DNA of 63,853 nucleotides, filler included, from Licmophora abbreviata (taxonomy: Eukaryota): the NCBI GenBank assembly GCA_900291995.1. It is 14 parts of 14 records of this genome, joined end to end, with 100 filler letters (N's around TTAATTAATTAA, not from the genome) between each part and the next. Parts side by side here need not be neighbours in the genome. Positions count along the whole stretch, not along the records: positions 53,137 to 56,639 come from OLMU01001123.1; positions 56,740 to 60,984 come from OLMU01001124.1; positions 61,085 to 62,739 come from OLMU01001127.1; positions 62,840 to 63,853 come from OLMU01001133.1; 10 more parts are not named here. The stretch is one strand, 5' to 3'. The notes under the pieces were generated by a model. The model was not told the origin of the DNA. It was given only the letters and a program-made list of their open reading frames with translations, and did no database searches. Shown here piece by piece: positions 53,572 through 63,853 of the stretch. Both the position numbers and the translations under genes were made by a program. Numbering within the stretch: position 1 is the stretch's first letter; the number at the start of each line of letters is the position of its first letter.

Positions 53572-54360
53572 ATGTTCAAGAAACTCGCGATTTCCGCAGT
53601 TGCCGCCCTGACCCTTTCCGCCGGGGGCGCGATGGCTGCCGGCGCTGCGGGCTATGTCGAGGATGTGGACTTTTCGTTCGAAGGACCGTTCGGCAAGTTC
53701 GATCAGAACCAGCTGCAGCGCGGACTGAAAGTCTATACCCAGGTCTGCGCGGCCTGCCACGGCATGCAGTACGTGCCGTTCCGCACACTGGCGGATGAGG
53801 GTGGGCCGCAGCTTCCTGCGGACCAGATGCGCGCCTATGCCGAGCAGTTCGAGGTCTACGATTCGGAGATCGACGATTTCCGCGCCGCGCGCCCGACGGA
53901 TCACTTTCCGATGTCGGCACTGGAAAATGCGCCTGACCTCAGCATGATGGCGAAGGCGCGCGCCGGTTTCCACGGGCCGTACGGCACCGGGATGGCGCAG
54001 CTGTTCAAAGGTATGGGCGGCCCGGAATACATCTATTCGCTGCTGACCGGCTACACCGGCGAGACCAAGGAAGAGGCGGGAACGACGCTTTATGAGAACA
54101 AGGCGTTCCCCGGTGGCTGGATTGCCATGGCGCCGGCGCTTTACGGTGACGATGTCGAGTTCGACGACGGGCATATCAGCACGATCGAAAGCCAGTCCGA
54201 GGATGTCGCGGCCTTCCTGATGTGGGCCGCAGAGCCGAAAATGATGGCGCGCAAGCAGGCGGGCCTGACCGGTGTGATCTTCCTGACGGTGCTGACGGTG
54301 CTGCTGTACCTGACGAACAAGCGGATCTGGGCGCCGATCAAGCGCAAGGACGTTGCCTGA
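53572..54360 (+). CDS. petC: Cytochrome c1
   Basis: Signal peptide, CAACH, '[11 protein letters not shown]', 'FLMWAAEP', C-terminal TM. Confidence 0.97.
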   Translation: MFKKLAISAVAALTLSAGGAMAAGAAGYVEDVDFSFEGPFGKFDQNQLQRGLKVYTQVCAACHGMQYVPFRTLADEGGPQLPADQMRAYAEQFEVYDSEIDDFRAARPTDHFPMSALENAPDLSMMAKARAGFHGPYGTGMAQLFKGMGGPEYIYSLLTGYTGETKEEAGTTLYENKAFPGGWIAMAPALYGDDVEFDDGHISTIESQSEDVAAFLMWAAEPKMMARKQAGLTGVIFLTVLTVLLYLTNKRIWAPIKRKDVA

Positions 54361-54388
54361 TCCGGGCTATCCGACAGAATGAAACGAC

Positions 54389-54419
54389 GAAAAACCCCGT
54401 CCCCTGGACGGGGTTTTTT
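54389..54419. terminator. Rho-independent terminator of petABC (bidirectional shape)
   Basis: AAAAACCCCGTCC-CCT-GGACGGGGTTTTTT. Confidence 0.85.
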
Positions 54420-54533
54420 CTTGGGCTGGTCAGAGGGCACAACCGCTGGTCAGGGGGCAAGGCCGTTCGAACGGCCTTGGGCACGCAATTTCGAAATTGC
54501 GTGCGACACGCCTTGCGCTGACGGCCCGGTTGG

Positions 54534-55559
54534 TCAGTCGCGGCGCAGGGTGTCGCCTTCGGTGATCGTGGGCTCAAGCGCAATGCGCACCGGCGCGCTG
54601 TTGGTCGGGTCCTCGACCCGGGCGGCGATGATCTGGGCGGCGCGGCGGCCAATCTCCTGACGGCAGGCATCCATCGTCGCCAGCTCGCGCGGCAATCCCT
54701 TGAGCAGGTTGAGCCCGTTGAACCCGGCCAGCCCGATCTGACCCGGGATATCGATGCCCTGTCCGATCAGGTGCATCAGCCCGCCCGCGCCGATCATGTC
54801 GTTCGAGTAATAGATGAAATCCAGATCGGGTGTCCGCGTCAGCAGCGCCTCGGTCAATTCGCGGCCTTTCACAAGCGCCGAGCCGCCGGAATAGAATTCC
54901 TGATCGGCCATTTCGATCCCGGCCTTGGCCAGAGCCTCGGTGAAGCCTTCGAAGCGTTTGCGGGCGCGATGATCGAGCGGCATCTTGGTGCCGACGAAGC
55001 CGATCCGCTTGTATCCGGCGCGGATGATTTCCTGCGCCATCTGCTGACCGGCGCGGCGATGTGAAATGCCGACCACCGAATCCACCGGCGTGCCGTCGAC
55101 ATCCATGATCTCGACCACCGGGATCCCCGAGGCGCGCAACATGGCGCGGCTTGCATCGGAATGTTCCAGCCCGGCGATGATGACGCCCGAAGGCCGCCAG
55201 GACAGCATCTCGTAGAGGACTTTCTCTTCTTTCTCGGGAAGATAATCGGTCAGGCCGACCACAGGCTGCAGATCGGTTTCCTCGAGCACCTGGCTGATGC
55301 CGGTCATCACTTCGGGAAACACCATGTTGGACATCGACGGGATGATGACCGCCACAAGGTTGACCCGCTGGCTGGCCAATGCGCCCGCGATCTTGTTGGG
55401 CACATAGCCCAGCCGTTTGGCCGCTTCGAGCACACGTTGGCGGGTGGCATCGGACACGTCGCCGCGATTGCGCAACACGCGGCTCACGGTCATTTCCGAC
55501 ACGCCGGATGCTTCGGATACATCACGCAAGGTCAGGGGGCGATGATCGGGCTTGGTCAC
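54534..55559 (-). CDS. LacI-family transcriptional regulator
   Basis: 'TLRDVSEASGVSEMTVSRVL', 'LGYVPN', 'SNDMIGAG'. Confidence 0.92.
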   Translation of the reverse strand: MTKPDHRPLTLRDVSEASGVSEMTVSRVLRNRGDVSDATRQRVLEAAKRLGYVPNKIAGALASQRVNLVAVIIPSMSNMVFPEVMTGISQVLEETDLQPVVGLTDYLPEKEEKVLYEMLSWRPSGVIIAGLEHSDASRAMLRASGIPVVEIMDVDGTPVDSVVGISHRRAGQQMAQEIIRAGYKRIGFVGTKMPLDHRARKRFEGFTEALAKAGIEMADQEFYSGGSALVKGRELTEALLTRTPDLDFIYYSNDMIGAGGLMHLIGQGIDIPGQIGLAGFNGLNLLKGLPRELATMDACRQEIGRRAAQIIAARVEDPTNSAPVRIALEPTITEGDTLRRD

Positions 55560-55682
55560 GTGTCTTTTCCTGAGGGCCTTTTACCTAGTGTTACCGCGAA
55601 CACAGACGCGGGATCAAGCGCGACGCGCAGGCGCAATCTGACGATGACAAAGCTGCACAGGCGCGTTAAACGAGGCCCCGAC

Positions 55683-55759
55683 GGCCCCGTGGCTCAACTG
55701 GATAGAGCAGCCCCCTCCTAAGGGGCAGGTTGCAGGTTCGAATCCTGCCGGGGTCACCA
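55683..55759 (+). tRNA. tRNA-Arg (anticodon CCT)
   Basis: GGCCCCGTGGCTCAACTGGATAGAGCAGCCCCCTCCTAAGGGGCAGGTTGCAGGTTCGAATCCTGCCGGGGTCACCA. Confidence 0.96.
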
Positions 55760-55892
55760 AGGGCCAAATCATCCTATCCAAAAGCATCGCGGGCGCAGGC
55801 GCGCTTTGATGGTGCGGGCGTCAAATTTATACCAGATGATTAAAGGCAAGGTGGTTTGATCAAAAAAGCTTGCATTCGCAAGGCATTCACTT

Positions 55893-56477
55893 ATGTGCGC
55901 GAAGCTGCCTGTATCAGTGACGTGTTTGAAGAGGATCGATCAGAATAGGCTAAGGAAATATTGCATCGTGGGACTGTTTCATGACCTGATTTGGGTCTTT
56001 CGTTGCGACCTGCAGTCAAGTGCAAATGATTTGCGTCTGACGCTGCTTCCAGCCTTGATCGCAATTCTTGTTCTGATCCTGAGCGGGGGCGCTTTGCTTG
56101 TCGCGTTCGAAGATGAATTCGTTCGAGGATACGCGTTTGTTCATGGACAGGACGACGATGAGGCCCGGGCCACCATCGAATTGAGATACGTCAGGGCGTT
56201 GGTGGGCTTGGGCGTTCTTGCGGTCTGCCTTGTCGTGAACAGGTATTATTTCACAGTGCTCAGCCTGCTGGCCTTGTTTGTGACGATCAGTATCGTGTCG
56301 GATTATTTTTCCTCTGTGCAGGTTCAGTACAGCGAAAGCCGCTTTGAAGAATATCTCCAGCGATACGGTGTCGAGCTTTGGGCTGCATCGGTGGTGATGC
56401 GACTGTCGTTTCTGGGGCTGTTGCTGTGGGCGGCCAATGATGTGCGGACCTATCACCTGTCACGCCCCCGCTGGTGA
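55893..56477 (+). CDS. Hypothetical multi-pass membrane protein (start uncertain, possibly 55968)
   Basis: About four hydrophobic helices; lower GC than flanks. Confidence 0.5.
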   Translation: MCAKLPVSVTCLKRIDQNRLRKYCIVGLFHDLIWVFRCDLQSSANDLRLTLLPALIAILVLILSGGALLVAFEDEFVRGYAFVHGQDDDEARATIELRYVRALVGLGVLAVCLVVNRYYFTVLSLLALFVTISIVSDYFSSVQVQYSESRFEEYLQRYGVELWAASVVMRLSFLGLLLWAANDVRTYHLSRPRW

Positions 56478-56739
56478 CTGCCGGCCCCAGCATGCGTGAG
56501 GCGGATGGCCGGTCAAGGTCACCGGGGCCGGGGTGGTCCGGGCGGGGAGATCGCCGGAAGCGGGCGCGTCATCCCTTGCCGGCCATCGCTTCGGCGGTTT
56601 GTTCGGCCAGGTTGATCCCGGCCTGATTCATCGTGAGATNNNNNNNNNNNNNNNNNNNNNNNNNNNNNNNNNNNNNNNNNNNNTTAATTAATTAANNNNN
56701 NNNNNNNNNNNNNNNNNNNNNNNNNNNNNNNNNNNNNNN

Positions 56740-58189
56740 GCTCCAAATGGGCCTCGTGAAGGGCATGTGCCACGATCGGGCCGGTGAAGCCGCGTTGCCG
56801 CAGCGAGCGGGCGGCGATCAGTTTGGCCTCGAGATCGTCCATGGCAAGGATCGCGGCCTTGATCTGACCCAGAGAGCAGCTGCGCCAGAAATTGCTATCC
56901 TCGGCATCGGCGAACATCACGTTGCGCCCGGCGTCGCGATGGGCCTGCGCCTTGTAGGTGTCGGCATCAAGCCCGAGCGGCTTGAAGCCCTGTTCCGTCA
57001 TCTCACGGTAGGCGGCGCTGCCGGTGCGGCCCATTCCGAAGATCAGAACATCCGCGTCGCCCATGTTCTTGGGCTGCTCGTCGGGGTGGATCGTGTCCCG
57101 CTCATAGCGGCGCAGCTGCGTTTCGTAGCGTTCATAGAGCGGATGGGCATAGCGGTTGAGGGGGGCCGAGATCACGAAGGAGATCGATACGGCGATGGCC
57201 AGGGGCACGAGGTATTCGGGCAGCACGCCCGCCGCGACGATTAGGCCGAATTCGGAATAGGCGGTCAGGCTGAGGGCGCTGAGAAAGGCGCTGCGGGCCC
57301 GCAGCTTGAAGGCCACCAGCAGGGCGAAGAACAGCGCGCCCTTGAGCGCCAGCGCGATGCCGGCGGCAACGGCGAAGGCCATCGCGCCCCAGTCGGGCAG
57401 GCCGGTCAGGCCGATCTGCAGGAAGAAGCCGACGAGAAAGATCTCCTTGAGGGACCAGAGCGAGGCGCCCAGTTCCTTGGCGCGGGGATGTGTGGACAAG
57501 AGCACGCCCATCACCAGAGCGCCGATTTCCGACGAGAGGCCCATTGCCTGAAAGCCCATGCCACCGATCACCAGCGACAGAAGCATCCCCATCAGCACCA
57601 GCAATTCGTCATGCCCGGCGATGTCCAGAAGCCGGTGCAACACGGGGCGCAACAACGGCAGGCCGAACAGCATGAGCGCCCAGATATTTGGCGTCTGCCC
57701 GGACCAGATCGCCAGCACAGCAAGCGCGATGATGTCCTGAACGATCAGGATGCCGATGGCGGTGCGGCCATGAAATGCGCCCAGTTCCCGCTTGGTTTCA
57801 AGGAGTTTCGCGGCCAGAACGGTGGAGGAAAACGACAGGGCGATGGCCATGAGCAGGGCGGTGTTCCACTCGAGCCCCATGAGAAATTTCAGCCCCGGCA
57901 TGAACAGCAGGACAGACAGGGCGAAATGGACCAGCGCGCCGCCCACGACCTGTGGCTGGGCGATCTGGCCGATCTTGAGCTTCAGGCCGACCGTGAAGAG
58001 CAGCATCAGCACGCCGAGATGGGCGACATGCTCGAGCGTCTTGCCGGTATAGGTCGGTACGCCCAGAAGCGGCGCGCACAGGTTGATGGCGAAACCCGCC
58101 GCCAGAAACCCGACAAGCGGCGGCAAGCCGATCTGGCGCACGGCGAGACCGAAAACGAATGCAAAGCTGATGGTAATGACTTCGAACAT
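56740..58189 (-). CDS. CPA2 cation:proton antiporter with TrkA-N domain (Kef-like), 3' end in gap
   Basis: 'LPPLVGFL', 'SFSSTV', 'GILIVQD', 'SEFGLI', 'IFGMGRTG'. Confidence 0.9.
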
Positions 58190-58350
58190 GACGCAGATAC
58201 CCTTTGGGCCGATATGGCCGTGATCTTACCCATTTTGCCCATCGCCCGTCACTGGTTTTGGACAGATCGGCCTGCTTGTTCAACGGAGATATGCCGGAAA
58301 TTCTTAGATCGGCGGACCCGGAAAGGGGTGAGAGGCAGCGGGGGCCGGGG

Positions 58351-59742
58351 TCAGGGCCGTGACAGAAGGCTGCGGGCGGTGGTCTGACCGGAGAGGATCG
58401 CGCCATGGGCCGTGCCGAAATAGGTCTCCGAGCACGCCTCGCCCGCGAACCACAGCTGCCCGTCCCAATCGGCGCCGGCAAGGGCGCTGCGGGTCGCGGG
58501 GCCGGTGCCGACGGCATTGAAGCTGTAGCTGCCGAGCGCATGGCGATCCTGTCCCCAACGGGTGATCTGCGCGGCTTGCGGTGCGGGAAAGCGGCTGCCG
58601 AACATGGCGCGCAGCGCCTCGTGTGCTGAGGAGATGGTGTCACGGTCGCTCAGGCGTTCCATCGTCTGGGCGGGGTCGGCGGCGTTGAGGCCCAAGAGCA
58701 CGGGCGCGCGAAGCGTGCGCGCCAGAGAGACCCATTCCCCCCAATGGCCCGCACGCGGACCAAGCCAGCCGATCCAGTCCACATCCTCGGGCCAGTGGAT
58801 ACGGTCGAAGCGCAACCAGCATTTGTTCAAAAGCCCCATGCGCAGGGCGTCGATCGCATTTTGCCGACTGGAGGTGAGAGGGGTTGCAAAGCGCAGGCGG
58901 CCCGATTGCAGCACGCCAAGCGGCAGGGTGCAGATCACGTGATCGGCGGTGATCCTGCTGCCGTCGGCCAGCGTGACGGTGCCGGGCGCGATGCGGGTCA
59001 CCTCGGTGGAGAGGCGGATATCGAGGCCCTGTGCCAGATGGGCGGGGATCTGGTCGAACCCGTCGGGAAAGAGCATGTCCGCGCCGCCGAATTCCTCGGC
59101 CTCCTGCCCATACCAGGCCGAGAGTTGCTGCGCGGGACTGCCGTATTCCTGTTCCAGCGTGCTGTTGACCAGATAGGTGACCAGCCGCCGCAGGCTGATA
59201 TCGGCGCGCTGCCAGTCGGGGGACGCTTCGAGGGCCTGAGCCACCGAGAGATCGCGCGGCTGGCGTTCGGCGGCGGCGAGGGCGCGGCGCAGAAGGGTTT
59301 CGGCGGGCTGCAGATCGGGGTCGATCCGTGCGCCATCGGGGCCGAGCAGGAGGCTGGCGTCGTAGCTGGTGGCGACAAGGCGCGCGCCCGCGTCACGCGC
59401 CAGTTGCGTCAGGGGATTGCCACGCTGGCCGTGAATCCAGCTGGCGCCGAGATCCATCGGCAGATCGGGCCAGAGGCGGGAGGTATGGATGCGGCCACCG
59501 ATGCGGGAGCGGGCTTCGAGCAGCGTCACGGACTGGCCTGCGTCGTGCAGGACGCGGGCCGCCGACAGCCCCGACAGGCCCGCGCCGATCACGAGAATGC
59601 GGCGGGGTGTCTGCGCATGGGTGTGGCCAATGGTGCTGCCGCCGAGCACCATAGCCCCTATGCCGGTCAACAGCTGCCGTCTGGTCGGGGGCGCGTCCGC
59701 CGCCTGCAACGCCTGCGCGTGTCGTTTGAGCCAGCCCGCCAT
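58351..59742 (-). CDS. Flavin amine oxidase family protein with Tat signal
   Basis: 'TRRQLL' plus hydrophobic stretch and AHA; GAGLSG, 'RIGGRIHT', 'DLGASWIHG', 'FAGEA...[10 protein letters not shown]'. Confidence 0.88.
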   Translation of the reverse strand: MAGWLKRHAQALQAADAPPTRRQLLTGIGAMVLGGSTIGHTHAQTPRRILVIGAGLSGLSAARVLHDAGQSVTLLEARSRIGGRIHTSRLWPDLPMDLGASWIHGQRGNPLTQLARDAGARLVATSYDASLLLGPDGARIDPDLQPAETLLRRALAAAERQPRDLSVAQALEASPDWQRADISLRRLVTYLVNSTLEQEYGSPAQQLSAWYGQEAEEFGGADMLFPDGFDQIPAHLAQGLDIRLSTEVTRIAPGTVTLADGSRITADHVICTLPLGVLQSGRLRFATPLTSSRQNAIDALRMGLLNKCWLRFDRIHWPEDVDWIGWLGPRAGHWGEWVSLARTLRAPVLLGLNAADPAQTMERLSDRDTISSAHEALRAMFGSRFPAPQAAQITRWGQDRHALGSYSFNAVGTGPATRSALAGADWDGQLWFAGEACSETYFGTAHGAILSGQTTARSLLSRP

Positions 59743-59819
59743 GGCAACCACCCTTTGCACACTCGTCTGGAAGGTTAAAGAAATCGAAACGGGCGTGAAT
59801 GCAACCGGATCTGTCAGGC

Positions 59820-60984
59820 TCAGGCGTCTTTCAGGGTCTCGACCATGAGGTTCTGGGTCTTACCGTCTTTGGTTTCGGCAAAGAGGATCGTCTGATGCGG
59901 GAAGGGGATTTCGATGTTGCGGGCGTCGAACACCTGCTTGAGCACGCCGTTATAGGCGCGACCCACGCCCCATTGCCGACCGGGCACGCATTTGATCCGC
60001 GCGCGCAGCATCACCGCGCTGTCGCCGAAGCTGTTGACGCCGAACCATTCCATATCGTCGAGGATCCCGCTGGCCTGTTCGGGATCGGCGCGCAATTCGT
60101 CAAAGGCGTCGAGCATGGCCTGTTTCACCTCGTCGACATTCTCGCGGTAGGCCACGCCCATGTCACAGACGAAATAGCCGTAATCCTTGACGTAATTCGA
60201 CACCATGTCGACCGAGGAAAACGGGATGATGTGATAGACGCCCTGCACATCACGCAGGCTGACCGAGCGGATGGTGAGCCGTTCCACCGTGCCGGTGGTG
60301 CCGCCGACGGTGACCACATCGCCCACATTCATCGCGTTCTCGAACTGAATGAAGATGCCGGTGATGATATCCTGCACCATCTTCTGGGCGCCGAAACCGA
60401 TGGCGAGGCCCAGAACCCCGGCGGAGGCCAGCAAGGGGGCGATGTCGAGCCCGATCTCGGCCAGGACGAACATCAGGGTGATGATGACCAGCGCGATGGT
60501 TGCGGCGTTGCGCAGAAGGGTCAGCAGGGTGCGCTCGCGTGCGGTGGGCACCGAGCCGAATTCGGGATTGAGCCGGTAATCCACCCATGATGTGAGTGCC
60601 AGCCAAAGGCCGAAGGACACCAGCAGCACCAGCGATACCGACAGGATCATGCCGGTGAGGCGCAGGCCCAGTTGGCTGACCATCCAGCCACGCAGGTCTA
60701 TGAGGCCGATGGCGTTCAGCGCCATCAGCACGACGATCGCGAAGATCAGCCCGCGAAGGACGAAAAGCGCCTTGGGCAAGAAGCTATTCAGGCGGGTTTG
60801 CAGCAGTGGCACACGGCCCGACAGACCGGCCGGCAGCATCACCCCGCGCACCATCAGGCGGCTGAGAAAGCCCGAGGCGACAAAGCCAAGAAGCCCGACC
60901 ACCAGAACCTGACCTGAGGCGAGGAAGGTCTGGAACATGGCGTTGCCGGGCCGGATGAGGACGATCACGAACATCGCCAGCAAA
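59820..60984 (-). CDS. MscS-family mechanosensitive channel (YbiO-like), 5' end in gap
   Basis: '[19 protein letters not shown]', '[10 protein letters not shown]', 'IEIPFPH'. Confidence 0.9.
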
Positions 60985-61084
60985 NNNNNNNNNNNNNNNN
61001 NNNNNNNNNNNNNNNNNNNNNNNNNNNNTTAATTAATTAANNNNNNNNNNNNNNNNNNNNNNNNNNNNNNNNNNNNNNNNNNNN

Positions 61085-61986
61085 AGCCGGGCCTGCAGGT
61101 GGTCCTGCATGTTCTTGCCCACGGCGGGCATGTCGCGCAGCACCTCGATGCCGTGCTCCTGCAGCTGTGCCGCCTCGCCCAGACCGGAGACCATCAGGAG
61201 TTGCGGAGAGCCGATCGCGCCGGAGGAGAGGATCACCTCGGCGCTGGCCTTGACGACATGCTCGGCGCCCGAACGGTCGCGATAGGCGACGCCGGTGGCG
61301 CGGCGCCCCTCGAAGGTGATGCGGCTGGCCTGAGCATGGGTCACGATCGTCAGGTTGGGCCGGGAGCGGGCCGGATTGAGGAAGGCCACGGCGCTGGAGC
61401 AGCGCCGGCCGTTGCGCGCGGTCAACTGGAAATACCCCACGCCTTCCTGGGTGGCGCCGTTGTAATCGGGGTTGAACGGGTAGCCGGCATCTTGTGCAGC
61501 GGCGACCCATGCATCGCAGATCGGGCGTTGCAGGCGCATGTTCGAGACCGATAGCGGGCCGTCTTCGCCATGGAAGTCATCGGCGCCGCGTTCCTGATTC
61601 TCGGAGCGTTTGAAGAGCGGGAGGACATCGTCCCAGCCCCAGCCGGGATTGCCCATCTGCTGCCAGCGGTCATAGTCCTGAGGCTGGCCGCGCACATAGA
61701 GCAGACCGTTCAGAGAGGACGAGCCGCCCAGCACCTTGCCACGCGGCCAGTCGAGCTGTCGGCCATTGAGGCCGGGATCGGGTTCGGTGCGATAGCACCA
61801 GTCGACCGACGGATTGTGCATGGTCTTGAAGTAGCCGACGGGGATGTGAATCCACGGGTTCCAGTCGCGGCCACCGGCCTCGAGCAGGACGACCTTGATC
61901 GACGGGTCGGCCGACAAACGATTCGCCAGAACGCATCCGGCAGAGCCTGCTCCGACGATGACGTAATCCGCTGAAATCTCCGACAT
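61085..61986 (-). CDS. GMC oxidoreductase (choline dehydrogenase-like), 3' end in gap
   Basis: 'DYVIVGAGSAGCVLANRLS', 'RGKVLGGSSSLNG', 'VGKNMQDH'. Confidence 0.92.
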
Positions 61987-62104
61987 TTCCGCTCCCCCTC
62001 CTCCAAGTCGCGTCCTGAGGAAAAATTTTCCTTGCCAGATCGAACATAAATCTATCAATATTGAGACCGCAAGTATCAAAATTGCAAAACTCTGGGAGGA
62101 GATC

Positions 62105-62739
62105 ATGAAAGTATCCAAAGCCCTGAGCGGGATTTCCCGTCGGGATCTGTTTCGTCTGTCGGGTCAGTTCGGCCTGTCATCCGTTCTTCTTGGCGCAGGC
62201 GCGCTGACCGGCACGGTCAGCATGACATCGCTGGCACGGGCTGCTGAAAGCTCGTACGAGAAGCGTTTTGCCAAGGAGCCGAAACACACGCTGAAGCTGG
62301 GTGCGTCCGGCTTCAACGCACGCAACCTGCTGATCGAGCGCGCCGGCGTTCTGGAATTCGCCCGCGATCTGGAAGAGCGGACCGAAGGCGAGATCCGCGT
62401 CGAGTTCATCGGCGACAACCAGATCTGCGGTCAGCTGAACTGCGTCGAGAAAACCCAGTTGGGCGTGGTGGACATGTATTCCGCATCGACCCAGAACTCG
62501 GCCGGTGGCGCGCCTTATCTGAACGTGCTGGACTATGCATATATGTTCCCCAGCCGGGCGGCGCAGTATCATTTCCTCTACAGCCCGGAATCGATGGCGC
62601 TGCTGCGCGAGCCGCTGGAAAAGCGGCATGGTCTGAAGTTCCTGTTCAGCCATTGCGAATTGCGCGGCATCCAGTTGGGCCAGTCCTTTGCCGACAAGCC
62701 CACGGTGACCAAGCTGGAAGAGCTGTTCGGCACCAAGAA
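62105..62739 (+). CDS. TRAP substrate-binding protein with Tat signal, 3' end in gap
   Basis: 'SRRDLF' Tat motif; DctP-like 'LEERTEGEIRVEF', 'VLDYAYMF'. Confidence 0.8.
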
Positions 62740-63237
62740 NNNNNNNNNNNNNNNNNNNNNNNNNNNNNNNNNNNNNNNNNNNNTTAATTAATTAANNNNN
62801 NNNNNNNNNNNNNNNNNNNNNNNNNNNNNNNNNNNNNNNTTGGGCTGATTGCGCAGGCCATGCTCGAAACCCTGCAAGATGGTCGCGAAACCGCTATGGA
62901 AGGCGGCGTGACCGCGTCCAGCCGGTCCGGCAGACGCCCCTGACATCGGGTTACATCCGGCCCTGACGCCGATTCGCGTCACTTTTCACGAATTTATATC
63001 CACGAATTGGAAACAATGAGACGATTTGGCCCGTATTTTATACGGTTCGACGTCTGATCCGACGCGGCTTGCGGCGCCCATGGGCATGCGCTGAGGCTAA
63101 TTTTCATGAAAAATGGCGCAATTAAGGCTTTTATCGGCCAAAACGGCCCAATTCTTCTTTGAATAAGGCAATTCTGTGTGTACCTTTGGGTGTGAAATTT
63201 ATTTTTGTTCGTATTGACCTTTGAAGGGGGAATTGAA

Positions 63238-63853
63238 ATGGGAATTAAAAAGATAATTGCGGTCGCAAGCGTCGGTGCTTTGATGGCGGGGTCGGCTTAC
63301 GCATCAACCGCAACTGGTGATATCGCGGACAACGACGGCTTCGGCACTATTTATCCGTCTGGTGAGACTGGAACTTTCGGGTCTAACTGGTGGCTGATTG
63401 GAGGCCCGGCAGAAATCACCGTTACGATGTTGGGCCGTGAGGCTGCAGATGATAATAGCTTCAATTTCGGTGGTGGCGCTGTCGAATTTCAGAACTCTGA
63501 TTTCAGCAACAACGCTTGGAGCGCTGTTGGATTTGCATCCGCAACTTTCAGTAACGTAGCTTCTGGGCTTCTCGACTTTGCGTTTTCCAATCCTAACCGC
63601 GGAACGGTGGCTAATGGGGCAAACGTCCTTCCGGCGTCCGGTGGTATAAACTGGTTTAGCGTCTTGGTGAATAGTCAGACTCTTGATCTCTGGTTTGACG
63701 ACGATAACGATACTGACGACAATCACGACGACATAGCTGTTCGCTTGCAAATTACGGGTGGCGGCGAATTTGCACCTGTACCTCTTCCTGCAGCGGGCTG
63801 GTTGCTTTTGGCAGGCGTCGGCGGTCTTGCTGCGCTGCGCCGGAAAAAGAAAT
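63238..63853 (+). CDS. VPLPA-CTERM (PEP-CTERM-like) sorted surface protein; stop lies beyond the window, so it is absent from the ORF track
   Basis: Signal MGIKKIIAVASVGALMAGSAYA; C-terminus 'APVPLPAAGWLLLAGVGGLAALRRKKK'; acidic 'FDDDNDTDDNHDD' motif. Confidence 0.9.
   Translation, partial: MGIKKIIAVASVGALMAGSAYASTATGDIADNDGFGTIYPSGETGTFGSNWWLIGGPAEITVTMLGREAADDNSFNFGGGAVEFQNSDFSNNAWSAVGFASATFSNVASGLLDFAFSNPNRGTVANGANVLPASGGINWFSVLVNSQTLDLWFDDDNDTDDNHDDIAVRLQITGGGEFAPVPLPAAGWLLLAGVGGLAALRRKKK

Noticed and set aside
54481..54504. Perfect palindrome GCACGCAATTTCGAAATTGCGTGC (and TTTCGCGAAA-type inverted repeats near 49897-49932)
   Set aside because: Ordinary intergenic hairpins near gene ends; no array structure, spacers or cas genes.
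2126..62839. Thirteen regularly structured N-runs with a central TTAATTAATTAA, superficially a repeat family or array
   Set aside because: Artificial 100-nt contig spacers with an all-frame stop linker; not biological.
63304..63750. 148-aa minus-strand ORF in the ORF track
   Set aside because: Antisense to the well-supported VPLPA-CTERM gene on the plus strand.

Overview
Draft-assembly scaffold from a GC-rich Rhodobacteraceae (Roseobacter-group-like) alphaproteobacterium. It has 14 contigs joined by 100-nt N spacers carrying a TTAATTAATTAA all-frame stop linker. Several frameshifts, including one in essential ileS, look like sequencing errors. The first 25.4 kb is a coherent accessory locus. 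It holds a type I secretion system (PrtD ABC + HlyD), a signal-less vanadium haloperoxidase, and a His-less pseudo-histidine kinase divergent from an atypical Cys-rich NarL/LuxR regulator. It also holds a dedicated 5-aminolevulinate synthase with a CxxCxxC N-terminal extension followed by an RND efflux pair, and a >=3,385-aa RTX protein with two animal-type heme peroxidase domains, the first split by a >=550-aa coiled coil. A GAC-N4-GTC box, in pairs 22-23 bp apart, recurs in three promoters of this locus. I infer a self-provisioning extracellular halide/Mn-oxidising system. The rest is mostly core and catabolic: truA, ycjX-GNAT-ycjF, NYN protein, group III truncated globin, ileS, tungstate ABC (tupBCA) and regulator, a GntR/FAD-FeS oxidase/aminotransferase/TRAP/CoA-transferase cluster, tRNA-Lys, dapF, mtaB, GST, LpxQ-like OMP, petABC, LacI regulator, tRNA-Arg, Kef-type antiporter, Tat amine oxidase, MscS, GMC oxidoreductase, TRAP SBP and a VPLPA-CTERM surface protein. 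All family calls come from motif recognition by eye, not database searches.
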